NCBI GenBank assembly: GCA_964016885.1
Contig: OZ024753.1
Span: 44,578,001 to 44,642,000 of the forward strand
Origin: Eledone cirrhosa
Taxonomy: Eukaryota
Length of the DNA: 64,000 bases
Reading direction: 5' to 3'
Shown here: positions 12,266-26,330 of the stretch, piece after piece
Layout of the letters: every line of letters begins with the position of its first letter
Position numbering within the stretch: position 1 is the first letter of the stretch
Position numbers and translations under genes: made by a program
Notes under the pieces: model-generated
The model's database searches: none
The model's input: only the letters and a program-made list of their open reading frames with translations
What the model was told of the DNA's origin: nothing

Positions 12266-14017
12266 TGTGTATAACAATATTTAGATCACCCTTTTCTGTT
12301 CTGGGTTCAAATCTCACCAAATATGTCTTTACTTTTCATGCTACCAAACTAAAAACAAAAATCACCAGTGATATAATTCAATTGCTTTATTATATTAATT
12401 ATAAATCTTCTACTGCAGAAATTGGCCTTGCAACTAAGTGTAAAATCAATAACTTTACAAACATAATGAACATTTTATTAAAAAATATTTCAAGTATTTC
12501 TCTAATTTACTTTAAAGGTTATTGCTTAGGTTAACTAACAATTAAACTGAAAATTAATATTCATGAAATAATAAATGTATAAACCACTGTAAAATGTTTC
12601 ATGTAGAAAAATTATTTTCAAATAGCAGCTTTGGGATATAGTATTTTATCAAATTATGGCAATAGAATTAAAAGAAAAAAAACATATTCTAAAAAGTGTA
12701 AGAATAATTTGTAACATTCACAGATCTTACATATATTCATATTTCCAATCCATTGCCTTTAAGGATTTTCAGCTTAATCTAATTATTTAATGAAATTTAA
12801 TTTAACTAACTTTCCAATTAAAAGCTGAATAAAACACGGAATTCTGTGAAAATTGATCTGGTTTGCCTTCTAGCCTCGGTTATTGTAAAGAAAATGTTTA
12901 TCAATACTTACACAATTATCAATGTTTTCTTTTATTTCAGTTTTAGATTTTTACTTCATTCGGGAAATGTTTTATGCTGATTTGAGACACAACCATTTGT
13001 ACTAAACAAATTAACATTTTACTTCAGATTATTGATGAAAAACATTTTTTTTTTTTTCAATGGAAAATTTCAAATTATTATTTTTTTCTTATTAGTAATT
13101 CTTTTATAAGTTTCTGTATATTGCTGTGCTTCATTTTTGGTGATATTCTTTTGATCTTTGGAGGAGAATATTAAATATTTCATATAAAATATTGGATAAA
13201 ATATTAAATTTACAGATTAAAATCTCACATTTCATTTGCAATTGCTCGCTATCATTTTAACACTCAATGGTTTGTATTTTGAGCTTAAGTAGTTTTTTGT
13301 AGAAAAGCTCTTGACATTTTCATTTTGTGTCTTTGTTTATATTCATTTATAAAGTTGAAATGGGATTCAAGAGTTTGTAATGAAAACGAGTCAGGTCAGT
13401 TGGAAGAATAGTTACCCAAATATAGTTACTGTTAAAACTAGAGTTAACGTATAGAAATATATTAAATAAATTAAAGTTGGTAATCTAAAGAAATCTAGTC
13501 TATACATTTCCATATGTACATTGACATGCATAATGCATGAACTTCTATCTACAGGCAAGAAATAGACAAAGTTATTAGAACATTGGTATCTATTCCAGCT
13601 CTCTGCACTCTTAGTTCAAATCATACCGAGGTAAACTTTGCCTTTCATCCTTCTGGGGTTGATAAATAAAGTAGCAATCCTGGGGAGGTGGATTGGCAGA
13701 AACATTAAAGAGTTTAATGGGATGCGTTGCAGTATCTGATCCAACCCTGCACTTTCTGAGTTTAAATCCTGCCAGGAATTGTGACAAGTAGAGAAAATCC
13801 TTTTTTTATTTTCTATCTACACACATGCACATCCACACAAACACACATCCACGCACACACACACACATCCACACAAACACACATCCATGCACACACACAT
13901 TTTAAAATCAATATATTCTTTTATCGGTTTCAGTATATGTGTGTATGTATGTATATGTGTGTGCGTCTATATGTGTGGGTCTCTGTATGTGTATGTATAT
14001 ATGTGCCTATATGGGTC

Positions 14018-14048
<31 letters not shown>

Positions 14049-14139
14049 ATGTGGGTGTGTGTGCATCTGTGTGTGTATCTATATGTGTGTGTATATATGT
14101 GAGTTTCTCTGTATGTGTATGTCTATATGTGCCTGTATG

Positions 14140-14196
<57 letters not shown>

Positions 14197-14817
14197 ATGT
14201 GTTTGGGTGTGGATGTGTAAATATATTTGGGTGTAATTGTGTGTTTGACTTGAACCCCTTTAAAAGCCATACTTTATAAAAGGCATTCTTTATTTCACCC
14301 TTCAAGCATTAATGGAGAGTTTAAACTTTTGTTTATAAAAAAAAAGAAGCAAAACTGTCAAAAAACCCAACCCTAAAAAAAAATAAAATAAAATAAAATC
14401 AGGAAATTTACAGATTAATTTGACTCAAAGAAAACCACTTGAATATTTAGGTTTGGAAATTTCTAGAATTCCTGTTTCTGAGCTGTTATTATGTTTGGTT
14501 GAATAGTTACGTTGTTTACATGAGAAGAATCTAAACACTACATATTCTAAGGATCTTTTGTCTGTTAAAGCTTTAACTGCTGAGAGAGCAAATATATAGA
14601 GATACACAAAGAAATCCTGTATTCAAGTTGTTATTATATCGAGGAAAATGTAATGGCTACAAACAGAGTTGCCAACCCTGTTGGTTTTTGGCATAAGATT
14701 CCTGATTCTGTTTGTCTTCACACACTTCCATAATTTGATTACACTAAATCTATACCAGATTCTATAGCTAATTTCTTTGTGGTGTTCTACTTTCTAAATA
14801 TTAATACCACCAACAAT

Positions 14818-15510
14818 AATATTTGTTTCTATGTTTGGCACTAAGCCAACAATTTGTTGGCAGTGGGGAATGTTGATTAAATCAACCCCGGTACATTACT
14901 GGTACTCTATTTGAACTTGTAAGGATGAAAGGCAAAGTTAACCTTGGCAGGATTTGAACACAAAATGTGATAACTAAATACTGCCAAGGATTTTATCTGA
15001 TGCTCTACCAATACTGCTAATCCACTGCCCTTACAATAATAATGGTTTCTTCTACAGGCACAAGGCCAGCAATTTTTGGGGAGGGGAAAGTCGATTAAAT
15101 CGACCCCAGTGCATGACTGGTACTTTATTTTATCGACCCCATAAAAATGAAAGGCAAACTTAACCTCGACGGAATTTGAACTCAGATCATAAAGGGCCAT
15201 AACCCTATCCTGCAAAGCATGGCGTCCGGCCCTCTACCGATACTGCTAATCCACCGCCCTTAATAATAATAATAATAATAATAATTGTTTCTACTTTTGG
15301 CACAAGGCCAGCAATTTGTTGGCAGAGAGGAAAGTCGATTAAATCGACCCTAGTCTGTGACTGGTCCTTTATTTTATTGATCCTGTAAAAATGAAAGGCA
15401 AAGCTAACCTTGGTGGGATTTGAACTCAGAATTTAAGAACCAGTACAAATACTGCAAAGCAAAGCATTTTGTTCAATGTTCTAAGAATTCTGTCAATCCA
15501 GCACCCATAT
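14818..15510 (-). mobile_element. Three tandem SINE family M copies
   Basis: Head-to-tail copies at about 14818-15030, 15040-15260 and 15283-15510; source of the spurious ORF 14907-15215. Confidence 0.9.
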
Positions 15511-15548
15511 ATTTATACATATATGTGTACACACACATCATATATATA

Positions 15549-16478
15549 CAGGGTGTTTCCAAAAATTTGATATCATTTGAGATGTAAATATTACAGAAAC
15601 AACATAGTCAAAGCAAATGAAACTAAACAGGCTTACTGTTGAGCGACATAAGATTTATTCCTCCTAATTTGAATGAGAAATTCAAAGGTATGTGGATTCC
15701 ATGAACGATTTCACAAATGTTCAATATGCGCACCGCCCGAGACACGGCACACGTCAAGTAGGTAGACCAGCTCCTCCCGAACAAGCTGCAGCATGTCTTG
15801 GGTAACAGTCTCCAGTGCGGTAGTGATTCTCTGCTTGAGTTCCTCTAGGTTTGCAGGAAGAGGGTGGACATAGACCAGGCCCTTCACATAGCCCCAGAGA
15901 AAAAAATCGCAAGGTGTCAGGTCAGGTGAATGTGGCGGCCATTTCAACAGCACATTGTCTTCATCACCAGCATGCGCCCGTTCCATCTCCCTCACAGATT
16001 GTCATTGAGATAAGCCCACACAGTGAGCTTCCAGTGAGGTGGAGCCACGTCCTGTTGAAAAATGAAGTCTTCATGTTCTTTTGCAATGAGCTGATCCATT
16101 AGCCAGTTGTGAAGCATTTGCAGATAAACATTGCCGGTCACATTTCCCTCAAAGAAAAACGGGCCATGAAGATGCTTCTTGAAGATGGCGCAGAACACAT
16201 TCACTTTTGGTGAGTCCATCTCATGCTCAACTGTGGCAAGGGGATTTTCTTCACCCCAAATGCGAACATTATGCTTATTGACTTTGCCATTCGTATGAAA
16301 TGTGCCCTCATCACTTCGAGTGAAGCCATTTCTATACCTGAAAAGATAAACATATCAAACATTAAGTATGCAAATTTTACCTGTTTCTACAAATGCTGTT
16401 AAAATTTGAAGTCATTTGAACGGGAACTGGCAAAGTTATTAGATTGCTAAATGATATCAAATATTTTGAAACACCTTG
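15549..16478 (-). mobile_element. Internally deleted Tc1/mariner DNA transposon (rosa/visitor DD41D-related, DD46D spacing)
   Basis: 30-bp TIRs CAGGGTGTTTCCAAAAATTTGATATCATTT (27/30 match) flanked by TA. Transposase motifs SDEGTFH..WGEENP, FQQDVAPPHW and WPPHSPDLTPCDFFLWGYVK. Confidence 0.95.
15711..16329 (-). pseudogene. Transposase pseudogene (catalytic domain only)
   Basis: ATG GCT TCA CTC is joined almost directly to the first catalytic SDE motif, so the DNA-binding domain is missing. One stop (15992-15994) and one 2-nt frameshift (about 15972). Confidence 0.9.
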
Positions 16479-16490
16479 TATATATATGTG

Positions 16491-16565
<75 letters not shown>

Positions 16566-16615
16566 GTGTGTGTGTATTAATGAGGTAGAGATTTCTACAT
16601 CATTAATATACTCAC

Positions 16616-16673
16616 CATTCATCCAATCATACATCATGTACTACTATGATGTGTAATCTCCTTGGTCTTCACA
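16616..16673 (-). other. Candidate 58-nt exon containing a start codon (MMYDWMN-G, phase 1)
   Basis: Acceptor tgtctgtctgcag|, donor ATG|GTGAGT. ATG at 16637 is preceded by in-frame TAG TAG. Phase is compatible with the exon at 1-51. Confidence 0.35.
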
Positions 16674-18119
16674 CTGCAGACAGACATTCAATGTATATAT
16701 ATATATATATATAAAATTATGTATGTACATAGGTTTGTATGTATTTATAGTATATATATACATGCATATATATATGTATATATATAGAGAGAGAGAGACC
16801 TACAAACATATATATATATATATACATACTCACATATACATATGTACATATACACATACATACAAATTCAAGCATATGTATGTTTATTTTACAGATTACA
16901 TTATTTTCTAATATATCAAAACGTTGAGCTCAGTATAATATTAGTTTAATGGACATTTCAATTAGATTTACTTTGACAGGGAAAGATAGAGAGTGAGAGA
17001 ACAGAGGGGGTGACAGATTAGATAGAAGGAAGGGATAATCTTGTGGTTGTGTGAGTGTTTGTGTAACAGGAAGGGTATTAAAAGGAATCGACATTCCTTC
17101 AAAAACACACTTCAGCTGTAATAGAAACAGTATGGATGTTCTTGAGAAAGTATTAGTGAAAATCTCTGGTGTATTTTAAGATTATAGAAAGTTTGATCTT
17201 AGAAATGAGAATCTAATATTTAATAGAATTTTGTAAAGATTTCAGCTATGTCATATTCAGAGAGTGAAAAAACAACAAGACTAACAACAAAAATCACAAC
17301 TATATAAGAACAAAAAAGTATAAAGTTAAAGCAACAAGAAGATTGTATTTAGAAATACGTCTTATATATAAGGTTAGAGTTTGTGTTAACTATCGTATAA
17401 AATGGAAACAGTTACGTTACTCAATTGAAAAATACACAAAATAATAACTAAACTAAACTAAAATATTCCTTATCCTTCTAAGTGACTGTCATGTCCTTGA
17501 TCAATATAATATTGAGCTTAAATGACGAGAAATAAATAAAATAAAATAAAGAAATAACATTGATCTACATAAGTTTAAAGTATAAAACTTGTTTTTCTTC
17601 CATTAATGGTACATTTTCAGTTGAAGATATTCATTGCAATTTTTGTTAATCATTTACATATATTTTTATAAATCATATTTATCCAGAAATTTACCAAATT
17701 TTCAGTGCAATAATTCTGTTTCAAATATATTGCCTTTATTGATTCTTACTTTCGGCTAAAGATCTTCATTAGAATATCTACTTTATATGTCTTAGGGATA
17801 TTTATTCTGCTACAGCAGTTCCTAGTTTCTCTCTACTCTTCTGAGACGTTTGTGTATAGATATGATTAAATACACTGTTAGTGTCATTTCTATAATATAT
17901 CATGAACTTTAGAGGAATTTTGCTATCATTTCTGCTCAATTTCACAAAATATAGTTACATATGAAAGGGTTATATATTTGTCTAACTTAGCATTTAGACA
18001 AATAGAGATCAATAAAATAACTACTAAACTGGGATCGATGTGATTGAGTAACTACTGGAAGGAGGAGAGACTCCAGCAACAAAACTATTTTCCATTGGCT
18101 AACCCAGTTAAGTCTGTGT

Positions 18120-18412
18120 CAAGCCATGAATCTTGTCAGGTCGGTGCTTATCTCGGTTTCATGGCATGAAGCTACTAAGAGTACAAGTCTCCCCCACCCC
18201 ACCCCACCCCACCCCACCCCATGGACAGGACGCCAGTCCATCGCAGGGTTAAACCTCCAGCTGTTGCTGGTACTCATTTCCAGCTGAGTAGACTGGAGCA
18301 ATGTGAAATGAAGTGTTTTGCTCAAGAACACAACACACAGCCCAATCTAGGAATCGAACTCATGACATTAGATTGTAAGTCCACCACCCTTACCACTAGG
18401 TCACATGTCTCC
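18120..18412 (-). mobile_element. CORE-type SINE with V-like module
   Basis: Head with GAGTTCGATTCC B box, CORE, and CCCTGCGATGGACTGGCGTCCTGTCCA. Confidence 0.85.
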
Positions 18413-18523
18413 ACCCAGTAAAGAAGGAAATAATATATCATCATCATCATCATCATCATCATAATCATCATCACCTTTTTACATTTGTTTTCTATGCTGG
18501 CATGGGTTGGAGGGGTAGTGACA

Positions 18524-18749
18524 TGAGGAGCAGGAGGAGGAGGAGGAGGGTGATGACAATGATGATGAGGGTGGTGGTGAGGAGGAGGAAGATGATGATG
18601 ATGATGATGATGAAAATGATGATGATGATGATGATGATGACCAAGATGAGGAATGTGTGGAGGGGGTGTTGTGTAGGCGATGATGATGATGTTGACATAG
18701 AGGAGGAGGGGGGGGGCGATGATGATGATAATGATGGTGGTGGTGATGG

Positions 18750-18780
<31 letters not shown>

Positions 18781-18887
18781 GGTGGTGGTGGTGGTGGTGG
18801 TGGTGGTGGTGGTGATGGTGGTGGTGATGGTGATGATGATGATGGTGGTGGTGATGGTGATGATGATGATGGTGGTGGTGGTGATGG

Positions 18888-18918
<31 letters not shown>

Positions 18919-18980
18919 GGTGATGGTGGTGGTGATGATGGTGGTGGTGATGGTGATGATGAGGAGGAGGAGGAGGTGGA
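18524..18980. repeat. Compound (GAG)n/(GAT)n/(GGT)n microsatellite
   Basis: Direct reading; explains the poly-G/D/P/M ORFs. Confidence 0.95.
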
Positions 18981-19723
18981 CTGGCTCAAATAGGAAACTA
19001 AATAAAAGTGAACATGATTTATATATTAATCCCCTACTATTATTTTAATTATTCACATTAAGGGTCGCACTGAAAGTTTGTCTAAATATCTAGTTAGGAT
19101 TTCATTGAAATGATTATTGCAACTATTCATGTCTTCCATCCTGTCTGTTATTTCTATGTCTTTGTTATTGAGAAACCATAACGAGTGTTAAGGCCATTTA
19201 CTTTAATTGAGTCATAGCTAGGTCATTACTGTGGACAGGTGACCATGACTAACTGCTAACTATGACCAAAGATAATTGTTCTAATGGACTGTACACAAGG
19301 CTTTTAATAACAATTTTGTCTAAATAGCTGCAGGCCAGCTAGCCACAACAAGCCTTCATTAAGAAAAGTGTTAATACCAATATGTCTACTGAGATTAGAT
19401 CGTTTTTATCTCTAATAAAGAAGAGGTTAATTCGTAGCATGATTGAACAAACACATACTCAAACATGGTGGCAAACACACAAGGCTTGCATATGTGTGTA
19501 TGTACGAACGTATGTGTGTATGTATGTGTGTGTGTGTGTGTATGAGTCTGGTGTTGTGACTTCATCCAACCTCAACATATCAGAACACTACAAAATTTGA
19601 TGAGTCTGATGTTTTGCCTTCAAGTGAGACATCTCTATCCACCTCAATATGTCAGATTCTTTACATGAAATTATGATGGAATAATTTTCTTTTTTTTTCT
19701 TTAGATAAATGTAAACACTTTAA

Positions 19724-19982
19724 CCCTTTAGCATTTACATTACTCTGTGTATACTATTATATTTTTATGGTAAAGGTTTTATCTCACATAATATCTCATA
19801 ATATCAAATCTATGAGATTTTGATATTTATTTTGAGAACAATACCTTAATATCAGTATGAGTGGCCAGTTATAGTCGGTTTGAACAGAAAGAGATGAGAG
19901 AATTCTGGCCTAATATGGCTGGTTTGAACAGAAAGAGGTGAGAGAATTATGTCCGAATACGATAGATTTAAATGCTAAAGGG
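19724..19982 (+). mobile_element. piggyBac-type MITE
   Basis: TTAA at 19720-23 and 19983-86; perfect 14-bp TIR CCCTTTAGCATTTA/TAAATGCTAAAGGG; internal duplication of about 40 bp. Confidence 0.9.
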
Positions 19983-20852
19983 TTAAAACAAATAGCTTAG
20001 TATCATTGAATGAAGGGAAGTTTCAGGAAATTTCTTATTAAAAGAGTTAACTCTTTGAACATCAATGACTGTTAATAATAATTATCAGCTAAAATGTTGC
20101 TGCGTCCAGAATAAGAGTAACCGATATTGTTTCCGTGTGTTTAACTTTATACTAAATTTAAATATTTCCTTTGTTAAGATCTTTCCATTAAGTAGTTATA
20201 TGTTTTCACCGAATTTAACGGAACGTAGTATCTGTGTCTTTGATTTCTATTCTAATTCTTTCTTAGCAAAGCAGACATCAATTTAAGGTAATTAGTATCA
20301 ACTTGAACACCAATAATACTTGAGGCAAGAAAGCTAACTTCAAAATACTTTGACATTCAATCACGTAATGAATCAAATAATGAGAATGGAAAATTCTAAG
20401 CTGGAAATGACAACATGAAATGCCAAACCAAATATTTTCCATACACTTTCAAAAGACAGAATCAGTTTCAATTATTCCTTGATTGTCTATTTCGCCCCTG
20501 CTGAGTTTAATTAATCAACTGTGATCTTGTGAATTCAGGTATTTTAGATCAAATGTTTGTGACAAAAAAACATGTTCGTTTGAATTGACAATGAAAGGTA
20601 ACTCTGATTGGCTTATCTCGTTCATAAAAGTGGAAATAATAAACAACAAAATAGTTCACCAAGATAAATTAAACATATGTAATTAGGAAATTAATAGTTT
20701 ATTACTTATATTTTTCTACATATTTTGGTATTTTAATATGTGTGTGTATATATATAAATATATATATATATGAAGTATTTCCGTAGGAAGGGTAAATATA
20801 TATATATATATGATATATATGATAATGTGTGTGTATGTCTGTGTGCCTATGT

Positions 20853-20909
<57 letters not shown>

Positions 20910-20945
20910 TTCATATGTATATTCATGTATATAATATGAAGTGGA

Positions 20946-20982
<37 letters not shown>

Positions 20983-21603
20983 ATATAGTAAAATTGATTC
21001 ACAGATCAAGTGGACCAGTATTCAAAAACAACATGGGATGTACAATTAGGTAGAATTAGTAATTCCCCAGCAGAATTTAGATATATCAATAATGTTTATA
21101 TTAATGTAGTTCCATGCTATTTATGTTAATGTGCTGCACAAGATGAGACTAATGTAATTTGTATCAACATATCACGGCGAAAATATCATCTGTAGAATAA
21201 GACAAGTTTACAAATAACAACCAAATAGTAAATAAACTGACTAAAAGTAAAAACAAATGTTTAGAAAACTTATCAGAGTGTTCAGAAGATACTTCAGTCT
21301 TCAGTCATGTCAAATTAGAGCTGCCTTAGTGCTGGTTCCATGTTATAAAATGCACCCAGTACACTCTATAGAGTGCTAGAAACTATGTGGGGTGGACTAT
21401 CTGAGAGGTCAGTTGGTTCGACTATGTACTAATGTTATAACTTGGTTTGTGATAACCTGTCAACATCTTATATTTATATATCATCATCATTATTATCACC
21501 GTTTTATGTCCATTCTTCCATGCTGGCATGGGTTATATGGGCTGTCCTGTTGTGGGCAGTGCCAGGTCGGGTGATCTTGTCTTGCTCATACGGGACTGAG
21601 CAA

Positions 21604-21725
<122 letters not shown>

Positions 21726-21730
21726 TATAT

Positions 21731-22075
21731 GGAGGCACATGGCTTAGTGGTTAGAGCATTGGCCTTGCAATCAAAAGGTTGTGAGTTCAATTCTCAGACC
21801 TGGTGATGTGTTGTTTCCTTGAGCAAGACACTTTATTTCACATTGCTCCAGTTTACTCAGCTGTAGAAATGAGATGATAGGGACTGGGGTCCATATCATT
21901 CCACTGCAAAGTGGTCGTGGAGGTGCCACGGCAAAAAAGCACCCAGCACTCACTGTAAATGAGGTTGGTGTTAGGAAGGGCATCCAGCTGTAGAAATCAA
22001 GCCAGCATCAGTTCCCGTCCCACCCTTGCAAGCAGGGAAAAATGGGACGTAAAATGAAATGATGAATGATGATGA
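21731..22075 (+). mobile_element. Full-length CORE-type SINE with RTE-like tail
   Basis: A box TGGCTTAGTGG, B box GAGTTCAATTC, CORE, GTTAGGAAGGGCATCCAGCTGTAG, tail ACCCTTGCAAGCAGGGAAAAATGGGACGTAAAATGA. Confidence 0.9.
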
Positions 22076-23258
22076 GAGAGAGAGAGAGAGAGAGAGAGCA
22101 GTCTCCCAGTATGGTTACAACCCATAACCTAGAGTAAAAATAGAAGAATAAAAATGTATGTATATATATAGGATATGACAAATCCCCTTGTGCTGGTGCT
22201 AAGATAAGATGCACCCTGTTTACACTGACGACAATTCTCTCTCTATATCTCTTACTTATTATAGCTTTCATTCTCCCTTTATCTTTCTCTGGAAGAAACT
22301 GGCTATGTTCCAATATGGAGAGTGATGGGCTCTACCATGTTTAAATGCCTAAGATGGTGCCTTCATGGCTCCACCAATGGTTAAGGACCAATGCCATGTC
22401 ATAACAAGCAATCATATACTTATGTGTTAAAGATGGAATGAATATTATATTAATCAAAATTACTCAAGCTAGGAAAGAGGTGAAAACATTATTAGTTTAA
22501 TGATTAATTCTGGTCAAGAAGGACAGGGGAAATAACCCTGAAATTTAAATTGATCAAGTTTAATTCAGTTTTATTAGACCTCTTCAGACTGAGTCAAACA
22601 ATACTTTATCTACTTGGTCATTCTACATCTACATTAAACCTTTATGAAGCACAACCACATGCCACCTACACTAAACACATTCTCTCACACATGAAATATC
22701 GATAAATTAGATATTTCCATATATGGTAAACTTGTTGAAATGCAAATTAAATTAAAATTCAAATAGATTAAAAGCTAATTTCTGATATTTCTAATGTTGT
22801 TAAATAAGAAACTATTTGACAATATTTTCAATATACAGAATGATTGAAGTGACTCAATAAAAGCAATATTCATATTTTTCTAACTGGAAGGTATTCCACC
22901 ATCTAGTTATCTTAATTAGAACCAGTATCATAATTAGCTACAAAATTAATTTCATCAATTTGATATGTTGTATTTTACTTTAGATTAACATGAGAAATGA
23001 AATAAACAGAACTATTTTTGGTAAATTAAACCAAAAATACAATATTTTAAAAGCAAATTCTATATCAATAATTATTCTATATGTATTCTTAAATCATTAA
23101 ATCTCAAACAAACTGTGAATAAGGAATATCTATATTTATGGCAGAAGTTTAGGAAGAATAAATATAGAGAAAGATGATTACTGTATTGTAAATTAGGTTT
23201 CTCTATTCTAATATGAATGGAATATTTAAAAGTGATTTTTAAATTAGGCATCAGATGA

Positions 23259-23612
23259 TTAATCCTTTTGCTTTCATCCTAGCCAAAACCAACTCTGGTT
23301 CTATGAAACAAAATCACCCATATTAAAAGGTTCCTATTTAAATTAAAATCTTCCAACATAATTTCATATATGAAACATATGTTATTATTTTAGTAAAGAA
23401 ATAATTAATAACTTTAGTAAATCCTTCAGAATTCTTTGTTGATTAATTGAAATGCAGTGTTAAATATCTTCCAACAGAATTTTATATAACAACCATATGA
23501 TAAGTTTCTGTACTAGTAATGAATCTATCTTAGTAATAAATCTCTCCAAATTCTTCATTAGTCAGTTGAAATAGTGGATATTTCAATAAAAATACCATCA
23601 TGAAAGGGTTAC
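23259..23612 (+). mobile_element. Second, older TTAA-type MITE family (also about 8003-8100 and 49459-49965)
   Basis: Degenerate TTAA(C/T)CC(T/A)TTT...AAAGGGTTA termini and shared internal sequence among the three loci. Confidence 0.4.
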
Positions 23613-24094
23613 ATAACTGTTTTGGCAGAGTAGGATCAACATACATGGCACTGTCTTATTTTAGAAACCTGTTAACAGAGCTGTTATTTATAGTAAAAAG
23701 AAAAAGAAAAGACGTTTATTTAATGATTGGAATCATGACGATGATAATATTCTGTGAGAAAATATTCCTTTACGTTATACAAGCCATTCCCCAAAGGCAG
23801 GATTGATTTAAACCTTTCATGTGCCTATATTAGCTACTGTACTACTGTCAAATCTTCTCAGTATATCACTTTGAAAGGAAAAGTCGACCAAACCGATATT
23901 TGAACTGTGAAATAAAAGGCACCAAAATAGATATTGGGAAGCATCTAATCTGACTGTTGTAAAGAAAGAATCAAAAATAAGATTTTCTCAAATGTATCTG
24001 TTGGAACTTAAGTAAAATATGCGGTCACGTAATAAAGTGCTTTTTACCAATTTAGTTTAACCTAAGATACAGATATCACTGGATATGCATTATA

Positions 24095-24136
24095 TAAATA
24101 ACTATATATATATATATATATAAATAAATAAATAAC

Positions 24137-24167
<31 letters not shown>

Positions 24168-24297
24168 CTATATATATATATATATAAATAAATAACTATA
24201 TATATATATATATAAATAAATAAATAACTATATATATATAAATAAATAACTATATATATATTATATATATATAAGTTTATATATATAAATAGAAAAC

Positions 24298-24328
<31 letters not shown>

Positions 24329-24640
24329 CTATATATATATATAAATAAATAACTATATATATATATAAATAAATAACTATATATATATATAAATAAATAA
24401 CTATATATATATATATATAAATAAATAACTATATATATATATAAATAAATAACTATATATATATATATAAATAAATAACTATATATATAAATATATATAT
24501 ATAAATAAATAAATAACTATATATATATATATATATATATAAATATATAAATAAATAACTATATATATATATAAATAAATAACTATATATATATAGATAT
24601 AAATAAATAAATAACTATATATAAATATATATATATATAT
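24095..24640. repeat. Compound minisatellite AAATAAATAAC(TA)n
   Basis: About 20 units with variable TA length. Confidence 0.9.
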
Positions 24641-24796
24641 ATTGATAAGATTTAGAGAAAGATCTATATACTTATCTCTTTACATGAAACAGATTTGCAA
24701 TACTCAAAATATTATTTAATAGAATTTTTCAGTGGCACCGTTTAAGAAGTTATATATACATGCCATCTTACAATCATTTATTTCATTATAGCTCAC

Positions 24797-24814
24797 CTTT
24801 CTCTTAAAGTATTC
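24797..24814 (-). other. Candidate 18-nt microexon GAATACTTTAAGAGAAAG
   Basis: Branch-like TTTAAC, acceptor cttatag|, donor AAG|GTGAGC; length is a multiple of 3. Confidence 0.3.
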
Positions 24815-25779
24815 CTATAAGATATGCAGGGGTTAAAAAAAAAGTTGTAGACAATTTTTAGAGTTTTTAAAGCACATGTGTTGCTATACAGAGATCTGAG
24901 AAAATATATCTTTGAAAATTCCGAACAGCTGATGATGAAATGGAATGCAATTTTGCCACTTAGACTTATTGAATTAACAAACAATATTATCTTACTAATA
25001 GGTATTTCAGAGTTTAACTAGATTCATAGGTTTCTAGAGACTTCTTTGAAGACAAATAAGATGAATGGATTGTGAATTAGGAAGAACTAATTATATATTT
25101 TATCTGACATATTCTAGGACAAAGACTGTTCGTAATTATATTTTGTAATTCAACGATAAAGAAATTATCCATAATTTCAAAGTGTATTAATGCGTATTTT
25201 TAAAAATGTTGTACACCTAGATATAAAAGAACATACACACACACACACACACTCTCTCTCTCACACTCATTTATACACACACATATACACACACTCTCTC
25301 TCTCACACTCACACATACACACACTCATCCATAGAAAAATATATGGATATAGATGTGTTTGTCTACAAATGAACATTAATATATATATATACATATAGAC
25401 CACATATGTGTATATATAATATATTTATGTTCATACACAGAACAAGAAAGCACTACATGGGTTTCAAGTCTAGTTATGACCATCTCCTTGGATTGTGTAC
25501 GCTGGTACAGAATGTGTGGAGGGAGGGGAGGGATTAAATTTGTGACCTCAGCTCTCACACTAGATCGAGCTATATATATTTATATATATATACTAGTGGA
25601 AGCCAAGTTCACAATTGATCTTCTACTGATTCACACACTCTGCTTCTTATCATGTATTGAGTACATCTTTGATTTGTGATCTTCCTAGTCTCAGTACTAC
25701 AAACCTATGAATATATATATATATTCTCACTTTAATGTCTCTCTCTCTCTATATATATATATATAAATATATATATATA

Positions 25780-25833
<54 letters not shown>

Positions 25834-25842
25834 TATATATAT

Positions 25843-26330
25843 AATTAAGAGGGTTTTGTAGCTTGCTTAAATCACTATGTGAGTGTATAAAGCAGTATAT
25901 TATTGAAAGGCTACAGCAATGAAAACATTGAAAGTGCCAAAGAATGTTAGTGTGTTTCCTGTTATTTTATTTACCTGTCTTAATATTTCGAGACTAAAAT
26001 CCCTTCTTCAGAAGACTATAATAAGAAACTGGGTATGAGCTTTTTGCTTTTGTTTTTATAGGCATGCCATTTTACCTTTTTTTCGTTTGCAATTGGTGGT
26101 CTGTTTATAGCTGTTGGAAATATAGTGAGTGGATAACGTCATATGTGGACTGTCTTGTATATAATGTTGTGTATGTGTGTGTTTCTGTCAAATATTTTTT
26201 GTGCTTTTGTTTATGTTTTATGTCGAGTTTATTTCGATGGTAAATGTGTATCAAGTTGTAAGCATTTGGATTTGTTATGTTAGCTGTTCTGGATTGAGTT
26301 ATGTGTTTGGGCCATGTGTGTCAAAAATAT
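25843..26330 (-). mobile_element. Penelope-like terminal region (family C)
   Basis: A/C-rich minus-strand sequence, then a hammerhead motif, then about 130 nt running into (TA)n. The 5' boundary is uncertain. Confidence 0.6.
25977..26016 (-). ncRNA. Minimal type I hammerhead ribozyme, family C (dimer-dependent type)
   Basis: RNA: GUCUU-CUGAAGA-A-GGGAU-UUUA-GUCUC-GAAA-UA-UU^AAGAC. Stem I 5 bp, stem II 5 bp, stem III reduced to the palindrome AUAU. Confidence 0.75.

Noticed and set aside
21731-21800. tRNA gene
   Set aside because: A/B boxes run straight into the CORE domain with no cloverleaf; it is a SINE head.
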